Part shown: piece by piece, positions 1-8,207 of the stretch
Layout of the letters: each line of letters begins with the position of its first letter
Numbering within the stretch: position 1 is the stretch's first letter
From: a virus
IMG/VR virus record: IMGVR_UViG_3300030333_008051
Coordinates: 1-64,000 of that record
DNA length: 64,000 bases
Direction: 5' to 3' (one strand)
The notes under the pieces: generated by a model
Database searches by the model: none
Told to the model about the DNA's origin: nothing
Seen by the model: the letters and a program-made list of their open reading frames with translations, nothing else
Translations under genes and position numbers: made by a program

Positions 1-231
1 GCACAACCAAGACTCTTGCTACACTTTACAAAGAATAAAATTTCTGGATTTAAAGAAAAACTTATTGTTGATCTAGATCCAGACACTGTAGCTCTCAAAC
101 CCAAGGGTGCAAAAGAAGCTTTGATTGAAGCAGAATCTTACAGGGATATGAAAGAAAAAGGTATAACGAAATTGCAAGGAACACAAGTAGTTCAGATTGA
201 GGCAACAGAATATGAAAGAGAATACGAATAA
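1..231 (+). CDS. C-terminal fragment of a probable DnaB-like replicative helicase (5'-truncated by the window)
   Basis: Frame is open from base 1 (AQPRLLLHFTKNKISGFKEKLIVDLDP). The hydrophobic strand-K-N-K-x2-G pattern resembles the H4/Arg-finger region at the end of phage DnaB/SF4 helicases. Only ~76 aa are visible. Confidence 0.45.
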   Translation, partial: AQPRLLLHFTKNKISGFKEKLIVDLDPDTVALKPKGAKEALIEAESYRDMKEKGITKLQGTQVVQIEATEYEREYE

Positions 232-631
232 TCCCTATGATGGTGAGCCAGTGGTAAAACCACTGGCCACCACAAGTAGGCACTTAAGGAAAAGTGGCCC
301 TGTAATTGCTCAAAAAATTCCCAAAAGATGGGGTTATGAATTAATATATGCAAATGATAAATATTGTTGTAAACTACTAGTGATAGAACCTGGCTGGGAA
401 ACATCTATGCATTTGCATTTAGAAAAAGAAGAAACACTGCTTGTTGTTGCTGGACAATTGCTTGTTAAGTATATAAAAGATAAGAAAGAACACACCTATA
501 CTGTAGGAGTTGATGAAGCTTTTACTATCGCACCAGGTTTTCCACATGCTCTTGTAGCTTTGGATAAACAAGTGAAATTGGTAGAAGCGTCAACACCTTC
601 GTTCGATACCGACTCAATAAGGATTTATTAA
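212..631 (+). CDS. Cupin-domain protein (mannose-6-phosphate isomerase-like, phage type)
   Basis: KRWGYE..CCKLLVI..SMHLH..KEETLLV and PGFPHAL cupin metal-binding motifs. ATG at 212 follows GAGG and is in frame with the 197 ORF. Confidence 0.8.
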   Translation: MKENTNNPYDGEPVVKPLATTSRHLRKSGPVIAQKIPKRWGYELIYANDKYCCKLLVIEPGWETSMHLHLEKEETLLVVAGQLLVKYIKDKKEHTYTVGVDEAFTIAPGFPHALVALDKQVKLVEASTPSFDTDSIRIY

Positions 632-1038
632 TGAAAGACGAAATGTTAGGAATTTACTGCGTACCGCACAAAAAATTCTACTACCTGGAAACAGGAAACT
701 TGTATGTACACAACCCAGTACCTAGACTCAGAAACACACTCCAACAGAGAGGTTTGATTGATTTTAATCAAACCACCTACATGAACACCAACGACTATAG
801 AATAGTTACGGTTAAGCAAGCCAAGCTTGAAGGTTGGGAAATGGAGCCAATATACATCAGCAAACATGTAAAATCCATGGTCTTGGGCAAAGAAATAGAA
901 TCTGAAAGTGAAGATTCAACTCCCAAAAGATCTTGGGGAAAGAAAACTGCAAAGCCAGAAGCAAAAAAGAAAAGAACTCCTAGAAAGAAAGCTGCTGTAA
1001 AAGAATCTAAAGCGCAGGAGCAACAAGAAATTGAATGA
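631..1038 (+). CDS. Hypothetical protein with Lys/Arg-rich C-terminal tail
   Basis: 135-aa ORF coupled to both neighbours (TAATG and ATGA overlaps); tail KRSWGKKTAKPEAKKKRTPRKKAAVK. Confidence 0.75.
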   Translation: MKDEMLGIYCVPHKKFYYLETGNLYVHNPVPRLRNTLQQRGLIDFNQTTYMNTNDYRIVTVKQAKLEGWEMEPIYISKHVKSMVLGKEIESESEDSTPKRSWGKKTAKPEAKKKRTPRKKAAVKESKAQEQQEIE

Positions 1039-1907
1039 GTGAGAAGGAAGAAGGATCGATAGCAAGGATGTTGAAGGAGCTAAAAAGCTTCTTCGCAATA
1101 CTATTCTTGTTGATCCTTACTTTCGGATCTGGTTTTTTATTGTCAGACTGCAGTGCTAAAGCTAAATATGCAGAGCTGCTTGATAGAAAGAACCATTCAG
1201 TAGAAGAACTAGAAGTAGCAAACAATAAAGTGAAAAGTTTATCTTCTGTCATATCTGATAAAACTGAAGAAGCAGAAAAACTTAAAGAGATAATCAGAGA
1301 CTATGAAAATAGACCAGCAGAAATCAGATATATTGTTAAGACAGAAACAATTCTCGTTGGAAACCAAGAAACTACCACAGAAATCCCGCCCAATCACTTA
1401 TTTAGATTTAACAACGGATTGCCAGTTTCTAGGTTTGCCACAACGGAAGAAGGATACTCGTTCAGTACGTTTGATGTAACTTTCGAAACAACAACTGTAA
1501 TATCTGAAGATCAAACTGCAATATCTCTGTCTGCTATATCTTCTTACGAACCAGATGTTCGCTATCCAATACCAGTATCAAGCGAAGTAGTAAGAGTTAG
1601 GGAGCATAAGATATTTGAACCGCATCTTTTGGTGGGTGCTACAGGTTCTTTTGACTTAGGCCCTGTAGGAGGTGACCTGAGCGCATCGCTTTACACTTCT
1701 CTTTTTCACATTACCGATAACATAGACTTAATATCTCCAAGAGTGTCATTTAACAATGAAAGCTTCAGGATAGGTATAGATGTTATCTCATACAATATAG
1801 GAGACCCACTACCCATAGCAACAGACCTATGGGTAGGTCTAGGAGTCTCTGGCAAAATAGGCAATCAAGGGCCAAGCATTGACCTAACTATAGGTAGTAA
1901 ATTTTGA
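1035..1907 (+). CDS. Membrane-anchored protein: N-terminal TM, coiled coil, beta-rich C-terminus ending in Phe
   Basis: Hydrophobic FFAILFLLILTFGSGFLL, heptad region at aa ~40-95, amphipathic beta strands ending SIDLTIGSKF. Confidence 0.7.
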   Translation: MSEKEEGSIARMLKELKSFFAILFLLILTFGSGFLLSDCSAKAKYAELLDRKNHSVEELEVANNKVKSLSSVISDKTEEAEKLKEIIRDYENRPAEIRYIVKTETILVGNQETTTEIPPNHLFRFNNGLPVSRFATTEEGYSFSTFDVTFETTTVISEDQTAISLSAISSYEPDVRYPIPVSSEVVRVREHKIFEPHLLVGATGSFDLGPVGGDLSASLYTSLFHITDNIDLISPRVSFNNESFRIGIDVISYNIGDPLPIATDLWVGLGVSGKIGNQGPSIDLTIGSKF

Positions 1908-2662
1908 ATGACTCATTTACTCTTGGGAAACAGATTACTGAAGATGAATTAAGAGCATACACAAAGTGCTCAAAGTTCTATTATTTTGGCGGCAAAACAG
2001 AACGTACTTTTGGACTTAAAGTCGTAAAAGATACAGTAGAAAGATTAACTATCAAGTCCATTAGAGGTCTACTCAAAGACCCTATGCTTGATGTACATGC
2101 TAGCCTTCTTACAAGTATGGCTCATCACGCTCAGCAAGAATCGCTAATTGAGCCTCAGATAGATAGATATTTGAGCGCTTCAATGCTGTGGCTTGAAGAA
2201 TTTTTTAATCTATTTGCATTTTCAACTTACATACCAGTATTCGGCCCAATAAAACCAATAATAAAAGTCAGTAATACTCCAGTGAAATTAGATATCTCTG
2301 GAATATACAGATCGACAAAAAATCAAACGATACATGCAGTATCGTTTTCACCTTACAAAACTAAGCATGCAATACTCAACGATCCAAGTATCATATTAAA
2401 AATGAAGCTACTCTCACCCTTTGTGAAAGAGCATTTCCCATCCAATAGACCAAAGATAAAACTACATGTATTCTATTATGGCAAATCTCATAACCTGGGC
2501 TATGTTAATATAAGCTCTAATAAAATTGATGAAAAAAGATATGAAATGATTGAGAACATTGTTGCAAGTATGGAGAAAGGACATCACTATCCAGTGATAC
2601 CGTGCTTGTATTCTTGTAAATATAAAAAGGTATGCTTACCGAACGGAGATGATAATGGCTGA
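1904..2662 (+). CDS. Cas4/RecB/AddB-like PD-(D/E)XK-fold protein with Fe-S cysteines, probably catalytically degenerate
   Basis: N-terminal YTKCSKFYYF plus C-terminal PCLYSCKYKKVC give the 1+3 Cys arrangement. The expected D..DxK motif reads ISGIY..HAVSFS. Confidence 0.6.
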   Translation: MNDSFTLGKQITEDELRAYTKCSKFYYFGGKTERTFGLKVVKDTVERLTIKSIRGLLKDPMLDVHASLLTSMAHHAQQESLIEPQIDRYLSASMLWLEEFFNLFAFSTYIPVFGPIKPIIKVSNTPVKLDISGIYRSTKNQTIHAVSFSPYKTKHAILNDPSIILKMKLLSPFVKEHFPSNRPKIKLHVFYYGKSHNLGYVNISSNKIDEKRYEMIENIVASMEKGHHYPVIPCLYSCKYKKVCLPNGDDNG

Positions 2663-2957
2663 TGCATTTGGTACCAAATTTATACTTGTTAACGATACAC
2701 AGCAAGTGCTGAATGAAAAGATATTTGGCGGTGGACCTTGGTTACACTTAGCTACTGTAGTGCGAGGATTTAAAGAATACATATGCTTTAAACATGTCCC
2801 AACCGATGCAGTTTATATCGAAGAAGTAGATCCTAAAGAACCTACATTGTTTAAAAAAATACAAGATGATCTAGAGTTTAACGATCTAAAAGACTTCTTG
2901 ATGTCTCATGGAGTTTTAAGTATCGGCATCAACAAGGAGTTCAAAGTTGCAAAATAA
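2649..2957 (+). CDS. Hypothetical protein
   Basis: 102-aa ORF with GGAG upstream, overlapping its neighbours in the operon. Confidence 0.7.
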   Translation: MIMADAFGTKFILVNDTQQVLNEKIFGGGPWLHLATVVRGFKEYICFKHVPTDAVYIEEVDPKEPTLFKKIQDDLEFNDLKDFLMSHGVLSIGINKEFKVAK

Positions 2958-3375
2958 AAGAAGCCAATGGAAAAATCAGTTCTTCGAAATAGAGTCAGCT
3001 TCCTCACTGCACAACAAGGTGAGAGAAATATTTATATCTGATAGCTTTTTTAAAAATTTAAAATGCTTTCAAGAAGTTCCTGTTGCAGCCTTGGTAGAAG
3101 GCTATAAGTATAGGAATCATAAAGTTGACTGGTACATAGATGAGCTGGAAACAATTCTAGAAATACACGGAAAACAACATTACGAAATGGCAAACTTTGG
3201 AAACCTTCCATACATGGAAGCTCTAGTTCAGCACAATAATATAAAATATAGAGACAACATGAAAAAGACAGCACTACTTAATGCTGGCTATGAGTACAGA
3301 GAAATAGATTACAAAACAACAAAAAAGCTTAATGCTGAATCAATTAAAGAAATCATATTAAATTCGGAGAGATGA
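2947..3375 (+). CDS. Vsr/DUF559-like endonuclease
   Basis: VDWYIDELETILEIHGKQHY and RDNMKK match the D..ExxGxxHY..RDxxK pattern. TTG start preceded by AAGGAG. Confidence 0.75.
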   Translation: MQNKRSQWKNQFFEIESASSLHNKVREIFISDSFFKNLKCFQEVPVAALVEGYKYRNHKVDWYIDELETILEIHGKQHYEMANFGNLPYMEALVQHNNIKYRDNMKKTALLNAGYEYREIDYKTTKKLNAESIKEIILNSER

Positions 3376-4004
3376 TGGACCAAGAAAAACAAATTGCTTT
3401 AGAAGAATTTATGCAAGGTGTGGAGAGTTGGTCACCTGCAGACGTACTATACTTTGGGCCATTGCGAAGAGCAGTGTCCTTGTATGGGCCAGTAACCAGA
3501 GAAACTGTCTTTCCTATAATAAGTCAAGTCCTCGAACTTGAACAAAGAGATCCAGGGAAGCCCATTAGGCTTCACATAAACACAGAGGGTGGAAGCTTGT
3601 CTGATGCGTTAGCACTCTACGACGCACTCAGGGGTGTATCTGGTCCCATTGTAACTGTTGCTACCGGCATGTGTGCTTCAGCTGGATTGCTACTGCTTTC
3701 TGCAGGAGATTTAAGATTAGCTACAAAGAACACATTGTTCTTTTATCACGAGCCGATACTTCCGTTAGATGAGATAATATCTAAAAAGCAACTTGACGAA
3801 ACGGTTAAAGCATACGACTTGTGTAAAATGACCTACGAAAGAATAATAAAGGAAAAAACCAATATGTCAGATGAGATTTGGAACAAAGAATTTGACGGCG
3901 AAACCTCAAAGTATTTTGATGTTTCAAAAGCTCTAGAATATAATTTCGTAGACGATATCGTTCAAGAAGCAGAAAAAGTTTTAAAAATAAAAGCACAGGA
4001 GTAA
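3372..4004 (+). CDS. clpP: ClpP-like (S14) protease
   Basis: IRLHINTEGGS, GMCASAG (catalytic Ser), FYHEP (catalytic His), ALEYNFVDDI. Confidence 0.85.
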   Translation: MMDQEKQIALEEFMQGVESWSPADVLYFGPLRRAVSLYGPVTRETVFPIISQVLELEQRDPGKPIRLHINTEGGSLSDALALYDALRGVSGPIVTVATGMCASAGLLLLSAGDLRLATKNTLFFYHEPILPLDEIISKKQLDETVKAYDLCKMTYERIIKEKTNMSDEIWNKEFDGETSKYFDVSKALEYNFVDDIVQEAEKVLKIKAQE

Positions 4005-4006
4005 TC

Positions 4007-4393
4007 ATGGCCTCTAGAGGAAAAGGCGCTAGAATCAAAGGAGCAAACTTTGAAAGACATCTAGCCAAATTAATAAGCGAACAAACAATTCTTTCTGCCA
4101 AGAGAGGGCTTGGTCAAACAAGAGGCGGTGGTGGCGAAATTTCAGACGTAGATATCCCCATACTACACATAGAAGCAAAGCGACACAAGCGTTGCAATAT
4201 TAAGGCAGCACTTGAACAGGCTATCACTGACGCAAGCGATAATGGTAAGATACCAGTAGCAATTACTAAAGATGATCGAAAGGAGATCTTGGTTACAATG
4301 AGATTTGACGATTGGATAGACTTTTTTAATTCCTACTTAGGAAATACAGATGTACAAGACATTACCAACGAACAGGAGACCTCTACCACTTAA
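4007..4393 (+). CDS. Holliday junction resolvase, Hjc-type PD-(D/E)XK
   Basis: KGANFERHLAK, SDV and HIEAKR motifs; AGGAG RBS. Confidence 0.8.
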   Translation: MASRGKGARIKGANFERHLAKLISEQTILSAKRGLGQTRGGGGEISDVDIPILHIEAKRHKRCNIKAALEQAITDASDNGKIPVAITKDDRKEILVTMRFDDWIDFFNSYLGNTDVQDITNEQETSTT

Positions 4394-5027
4394 GGTAGAG
4401 AGCTCTACATTTGCAAACACATGGAAGGCGTGTATTGTTGATAAACAATCAGACCTAACTTATGTGCTGTGCATGATGGAGCCAGTCTTCGTTCATTGGG
4501 AAAAATTGTTGAAAGCAAGAGATTTAAAAGAAGATATAAACTTCCTTACACTATGCCGTATGCTAGATCCAGATCCGTCTGTAGCATTAAGTAAAATTAA
4601 AAAGTGGGTAGTGTGGGCTGAAAGTTCTTCGAGCGTTAAAGAGGAGCTCATATACATATTTATCGAAAGAATGAGAAAGTTTAAATATAGCCCCTCTAGC
4701 GCCTCTGACAGAATGGTAGAGTATGTCGTTGCTAAAGATTTCAAAAGAGGCTTGCACCACCATGTGAGGGCGATTAATAGACTAAAAGCAAGGGACGCAC
4801 TATTCTATTCAGAGACCTTTGACGAAAATGATTTTGGAATTAATACTGTATTTCCAGACTTTTATGTGTTAAATATAATCAAGTCCAGCAAATGGAATTC
4901 TTACCTATTTCACTTGATATCGGAAGGATACCCTACGATAGAAAGGTCAGAATTAACAAAACTTCATAGAAGAAACTTATATAAAGAGGAAAAAAAATTA
5001 TGCCAACTAGCAAAGCAGAAGCCATAG
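4350..5027 (+). CDS. Possible divergent sigma70-family/HTH transcription factor
   Basis: EELIYIFIERMRKFKY..YVVAKDFKRGLHHHVR resembles sigma region 2. C-terminal LISEGYPTIERSELTKLHRRNLYKEEKK resembles a region 4 HTH. Similarity is weak. Confidence 0.4.
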   Translation: MYKTLPTNRRPLPLKVESSTFANTWKACIVDKQSDLTYVLCMMEPVFVHWEKLLKARDLKEDINFLTLCRMLDPDPSVALSKIKKWVVWAESSSSVKEELIYIFIERMRKFKYSPSSASDRMVEYVVAKDFKRGLHHHVRAINRLKARDALFYSETFDENDFGINTVFPDFYVLNIIKSSKWNSYLFHLISEGYPTIERSELTKLHRRNLYKEEKKLCQLAKQKP

Positions 5028-5497
5028 AGCAACTCAATGGCCCTAATAGCGTAAGCAATCAGCAAGCATTAGTTAAAAAGATTCTTGGCTCAGAATCAAA
5101 GAAGACCGTAAAGAGAGCAATACCTGGGGGTAAAACCCTAGTAGAAGACTTGTCAGATAAAGACTTAGCTCCTGCAGTCTATACATGGTTGAGACATTGC
5201 AGACATTTTACTTCAGCAATTCTTTCTTTTGCACAAGATCCATCTTCACTTAACATTTCAGAAAACAAAATAATAGATTTTGATTCAAGAGGCAGACTTG
5301 CTGAGTGGGAAACTCGTGGCAAAAAATGGCTTTCAGAACGTATAGCAGATATAATTATGCGAGATAACGTAGTGGCCGTAAGAATTGAAAAAGACGGCTT
5401 GTATTTAATGACTGATAAAGATGGCACTTTCTCTCCACAGAGTGAACAGTGGGAACCTTACATTCAGTTTTCACCATTTAGACCCCCAACATTCTGA
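5000..5497 (+). CDS. Hypothetical protein
   Basis: 165-aa ORF with GAGGA RBS, in operon. Confidence 0.75.
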   Translation: MPTSKAEAIEQLNGPNSVSNQQALVKKILGSESKKTVKRAIPGGKTLVEDLSDKDLAPAVYTWLRHCRHFTSAILSFAQDPSSLNISENKIIDFDSRGRLAEWETRGKKWLSERIADIIMRDNVVAVRIEKDGLYLMTDKDGTFSPQSEQWEPYIQFSPFRPPTF

Positions 5498-5504
5498 GGT
5501 AAAT

Positions 5505-5699
5505 ATGTCTATCCAATTAGAAATAAAATACTTTGAACTTGAGAAAGAACTTAAAGCAGTTAAAGCTGAGCTTAAAGCAGCACAAGACGAACTTGTTGCA
5601 TTGAGAACAGTAGCAGCCGCAGCTGCCAAGCCCAAGGCATCTTCTAAGGCATCTTCCAAGTCATCATCTTCTAAATCTAGTTCAAAGAAAAGTTCATGA
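5505..5699 (+). CDS. Small coiled-coil protein with Lys/Ser-rich tail (64 aa)
   Basis: ATG at 5505 after GAGGT; MSIQLEIKYFELEKELKAVKAELKAAQDEL..KPKASSKASSKSSSSKSSSKKSS. Confidence 0.75.
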   Translation: MSIQLEIKYFELEKELKAVKAELKAAQDELVALRTVAAAAAKPKASSKASSKSSSSKSSSKKSS

Positions 5700-5875
5700 G
5701 CAGAAGGCAAGAAGCTATAAGTAGCATCAAGGCCGAAATGCAATCAATTCTTTTAAAAAAGCTAGAGCTAGAAAACAGCCTATCTAAACTTCAAGAACAA
5801 ATACAGTTCTTAGAAAAAGAAGAGAAAGCATCAAGCTCTGAAAAAATAGAAGATCTCTTAACTTTTAGAGATTAA
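5696..5875 (+). CDS. Small coiled-coil protein (59 aa; below the ORF-track cutoff)
   Basis: ATGA overlap with the previous stop; translates MSRRQEAISSIKAEMQSILLKKLELENSLSKLQEQIQFLEKEEKASSSEKIEDLLTFRD and fills the gap in the operon. Confidence 0.7.
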   Translation: MSRRQEAISSIKAEMQSILLKKLELENSLSKLQEQIQFLEKEEKASSSEKIEDLLTFRD

Positions 5876-5881
5876 CTATGA

Positions 5882-6211
5882 ATGAAGTGGTTAAGTCAAA
5901 ATATACTTAGAAAAATTCTAAAGTCACTCGTAATATTGAATCTTTACGATGCAATATGCACTTTCGTATGGGTGACAAATGGATTAGCTGAAGAAGCTAA
6001 TCCTCTGATGGCAACATTGCTAGACTTAAGTCCACTCTACTTTATGCTTGCCAAGATGACTTTGGTCAATTTTGGAATATGGTTGATTTGGCAAAACCAA
6101 CAACATGTTTTTGCTAAGTTTGCTACTGTTCCTACATTTGCTTTATATGCTCTAGTAGCTTTAAAGCATACTGTTTACATTGGCATGTATATGCTTAATT
6201 TAATAAGCTAA
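5882..6211 (+). CDS. DUF5658-like small multi-pass membrane protein
   Basis: LNLYDAICT..GLAEEANPLM..FMLAK signature; 3-4 hydrophobic helices. Confidence 0.75.
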   Translation: MKWLSQNILRKILKSLVILNLYDAICTFVWVTNGLAEEANPLMATLLDLSPLYFMLAKMTLVNFGIWLIWQNQQHVFAKFATVPTFALYALVALKHTVYIGMYMLNLIS

Positions 6212-6410
6212 CTGCAGCTGCCATTATACCTAGTATACAAACTGACATAATGATGCAGAGCGAAACAGACGCAAGCATTGCACTTTTTAAATCAAGACCC
6301 CTCCAGTCAAGATAATTTCGTAATCTTTTGATACGACTTTCTTCTGGAGGGGTTTCTTTTTCTGGAAGAGGTTCTACAAGTCTTAAGTATGGTCGTTGAT
6401 TTTCAGACAC
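6195..6410 (-). CDS. Small protein with C-terminal TM helix
   Basis: GTG start with AGGAGAGG RBS; hydrophobic C-terminus AMLASVSLCIIMSVCILGIMAAAVSLL. Confidence 0.7.
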   Translation of the reverse strand: MSENQRPYLRLVEPLPEKETPPEESRIKRLRNYLDWRGLDLKSAMLASVSLCIIMSVCILGIMAAAVSLLN

Positions 6411-6425
6411 TACCTCTCCTAAAAG

Positions 6426-7013
6426 TTATAAAGCTCTTTCTATTAACTGCCTTATTGTTGACTCGTTGAAACCTCTTAAGCCAGACACTACTGTGTGTGA
6501 CCTGTCTAGCAAAATAAACGTAGGCCAACTCTGCACAGGATATCCGTGACGAATTCCACTTGAGGTCAACAAGTCCCTGCTGCCTTGCAGTATTGGAGAT
6601 GTAGTTATTCCGAATAGTTCAGCCCATCGCTGCTGCTCAGCCAATTCAACAGCTTCGTTTGTTTGGTCAACAACTAGTATCGTAACGTAGTGAAAATCTT
6701 CGTAGCTATCTTCGATTTGCTGCACACTCATTGCGGCCTGCTGACAAGGCCCACACCACATTGCAGAAAGATCTATCAGAACAACATCTCCAGCATGATC
6801 AGACAATCTCCAGAGCTCTCCGTCAGCATCAATTAGGGCAAAGTCACAAGCTTTCTGACCTATATCATGTCCGCAGTCTGTTTCTAAAAAGCCTGGAGTT
6901 ATTTCTACAACTTCCTCTTCTGCTTCATCTTGAGTCAGTGCTGCTGAATCAGTTTGTAGTTCTGCAGGACCACAACATGCAAACAAAAACATAAAAGTAA
7001 TTAAAGATCTCAT
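6426..7013 (-). CDS. TlpA/AhpC-like thioredoxin-fold lipoprotein
   Basis: Signal peptide ending LFAC; DFALID..LSDHAGDVVLIDLSAMWCGPCQ (CxxC); cis-Pro loop SWPTFILLD. Confidence 0.85.
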   Translation of the reverse strand: MRSLITFMFLFACCGPAELQTDSAALTQDEAEEEVVEITPGFLETDCGHDIGQKACDFALIDADGELWRLSDHAGDVVLIDLSAMWCGPCQQAAMSVQQIEDSYEDFHYVTILVVDQTNEAVELAEQQRWAELFGITTSPILQGSRDLLTSSGIRHGYPVQSWPTFILLDRSHTVVSGLRGFNESTIRQLIERAL

Positions 7014-8074
7014 TCAGCACCTCCCGTATCGCCCGTACTTCCTGTACCGTAAGGATCATCTGGGTCGTAGTGATAAGCAATATCTACATGGTCGTTCCCT
7101 GCTGGGATCACTGTAAAGTAAACAGTGTTATCTGAAGACTGGTAGTACCAATCCCAATTCAAAACGCCATTTATAAAAACCCTCATACTAGTTTCATCGG
7201 AGGGACGGTAACTAAGCTCGATGGACTCGTAGGGTTCAAGCCTGCTTGATGCGTCAGTTACTCCTGGAGCCCAATCTTCAGAGCAGATATCTACAACAAC
7301 TCCCCCAAAATAATTTGTTGCCTCCATATATCTATTGCCAATGTCCATTGGACTTACATAAGAATCACAAACAGAATCTACTGCTTCAACATTATTGATA
7401 CTAGCTAGAAAAGCTGAGCCTCCACGAAGGGATCTGTACCATGTTTTAAAATCGTTAATATCTGAGAAGTGATCATCGCTTTGCTCCTCTTCGTCAGATA
7501 CCATAACTATTAATAATGCTGCATCTGGGCGCAGCCAGGTTGATGCGTAAGGGTTGTTGTGAATATATTCGTAAGCAGCATCAAAGCCTTCTTCACGGCC
7601 TCCACGAGCCATGGCGCTATACATATCCATTGCATCAACAATGTCATCACCAGGGACTAAAGGAAACTGAGCTTCAGCAACAGCTTTTGAAGGATCATTA
7701 CTCATCATAGCTAAGCGCCATCCAGAATCTGGTAGAGCTTCAAGCATTGCTTCGATACCAGCCATCAATTCAGGATCATACCTATGCATTGATCCTGAAG
7801 TGTCAATAATCCAGAGGATATCGACACCATCTACACTTTGGGGCTGATCAAAAGAATCAACCCAAATCTCTCCATACTCAGTGTCGCCAGGTACTTCTAC
7901 TTCGACGTATACTGGTACCTCAACTTCCACCTCGACTTCAACTTCGACTTCTACCTCGACGTATTCAGTTTCACCGGGAACATCGACATATACAGTCTCA
8001 GTCCCACCTACAATGGCATAGTCGGTTACACAACCTGCAAGAGCCAGGCAGAGTACTGTAACAAATCTGAACAT
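7010..8074 (-). CDS. vWA (MIDAS)-domain lipoprotein with (Val-Glu)n stalk
   Basis: Lipobox LAGC; VDILWIIDTSGSM (DxSxS); LIVMVSDEEEQS; AGGAG RBS. Confidence 0.8.
   Translation of the reverse strand: MFRFVTVLCLALAGCVTDYAIVGGTETVYVDVPGETEYVEVEVEVEVEVEVEVPVYVEVEVPGDTEYGEIWVDSFDQPQSVDGVDILWIIDTSGSMHRYDPELMAGIEAMLEALPDSGWRLAMMSNDPSKAVAEAQFPLVPGDDIVDAMDMYSAMARGGREEGFDAAYEYIHNNPYASTWLRPDAALLIVMVSDEEEQSDDHFSDINDFKTWYRSLRGGSAFLASINNVEAVDSVCDSYVSPMDIGNRYMEATNYFGGVVVDICSEDWAPGVTDASSRLEPYESIELSYRPSDETSMRVFINGVLNWDWYYQSSDNTVYFTVIPAGNDHVDIAYHYDPDDPYGTGSTGDTGGAE
7872..7992 (-). repeat. (VE)7 dipeptide repeat flanked by duplicated VYVx..VPGxTEY motif
   Basis: Codons GTC GAG GTA GAA GTC GAA GTT GAA GTC GAG GTG GAA GTT GAG vary synonymously, so the repeat is maintained at the protein level. 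Confidence 0.85.
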
Positions 8075-8113
8075 AACAATCTCCTATGGCTAAGTACTAA
8101 AATAATAGTAACA

Positions 8114-8142
8114 ATATTAAGCCTATAAAAGAAAGTGCTCAA
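8114..8142 (-). promoter_or_regulatory. Putative sigma70-type promoter for the lipoprotein cassette
   Basis: Minus strand TTGAGC-N17-TAATAT, ~40 nt upstream of the ATG at 8074. Confidence 0.5.
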
Positions 8143-8207
8143 AGAAAAAACAATCTGTAAGATAACTGTTTCGCTAATTTTCGGCAAACATTATTTAATT
8201 TGGCGAA

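Noticed and set aside
1904-2662. cas4 as part of a CRISPR-Cas locus
   Set aside because: No repeat-spacer array or other cas genes were seen in the window.
3372-4004. ClpP as prohead maturation protease
   Set aside because: It is not adjacent to portal or capsid genes and lies in the opposite-strand non-structural operon; the role cannot be fully excluded.
5421-5504. N-terminal extension of the 92-aa ORF in the track
   Set aside because: It overlaps the upstream gene; the ATG at 5505 has a clear GAGGT RBS.
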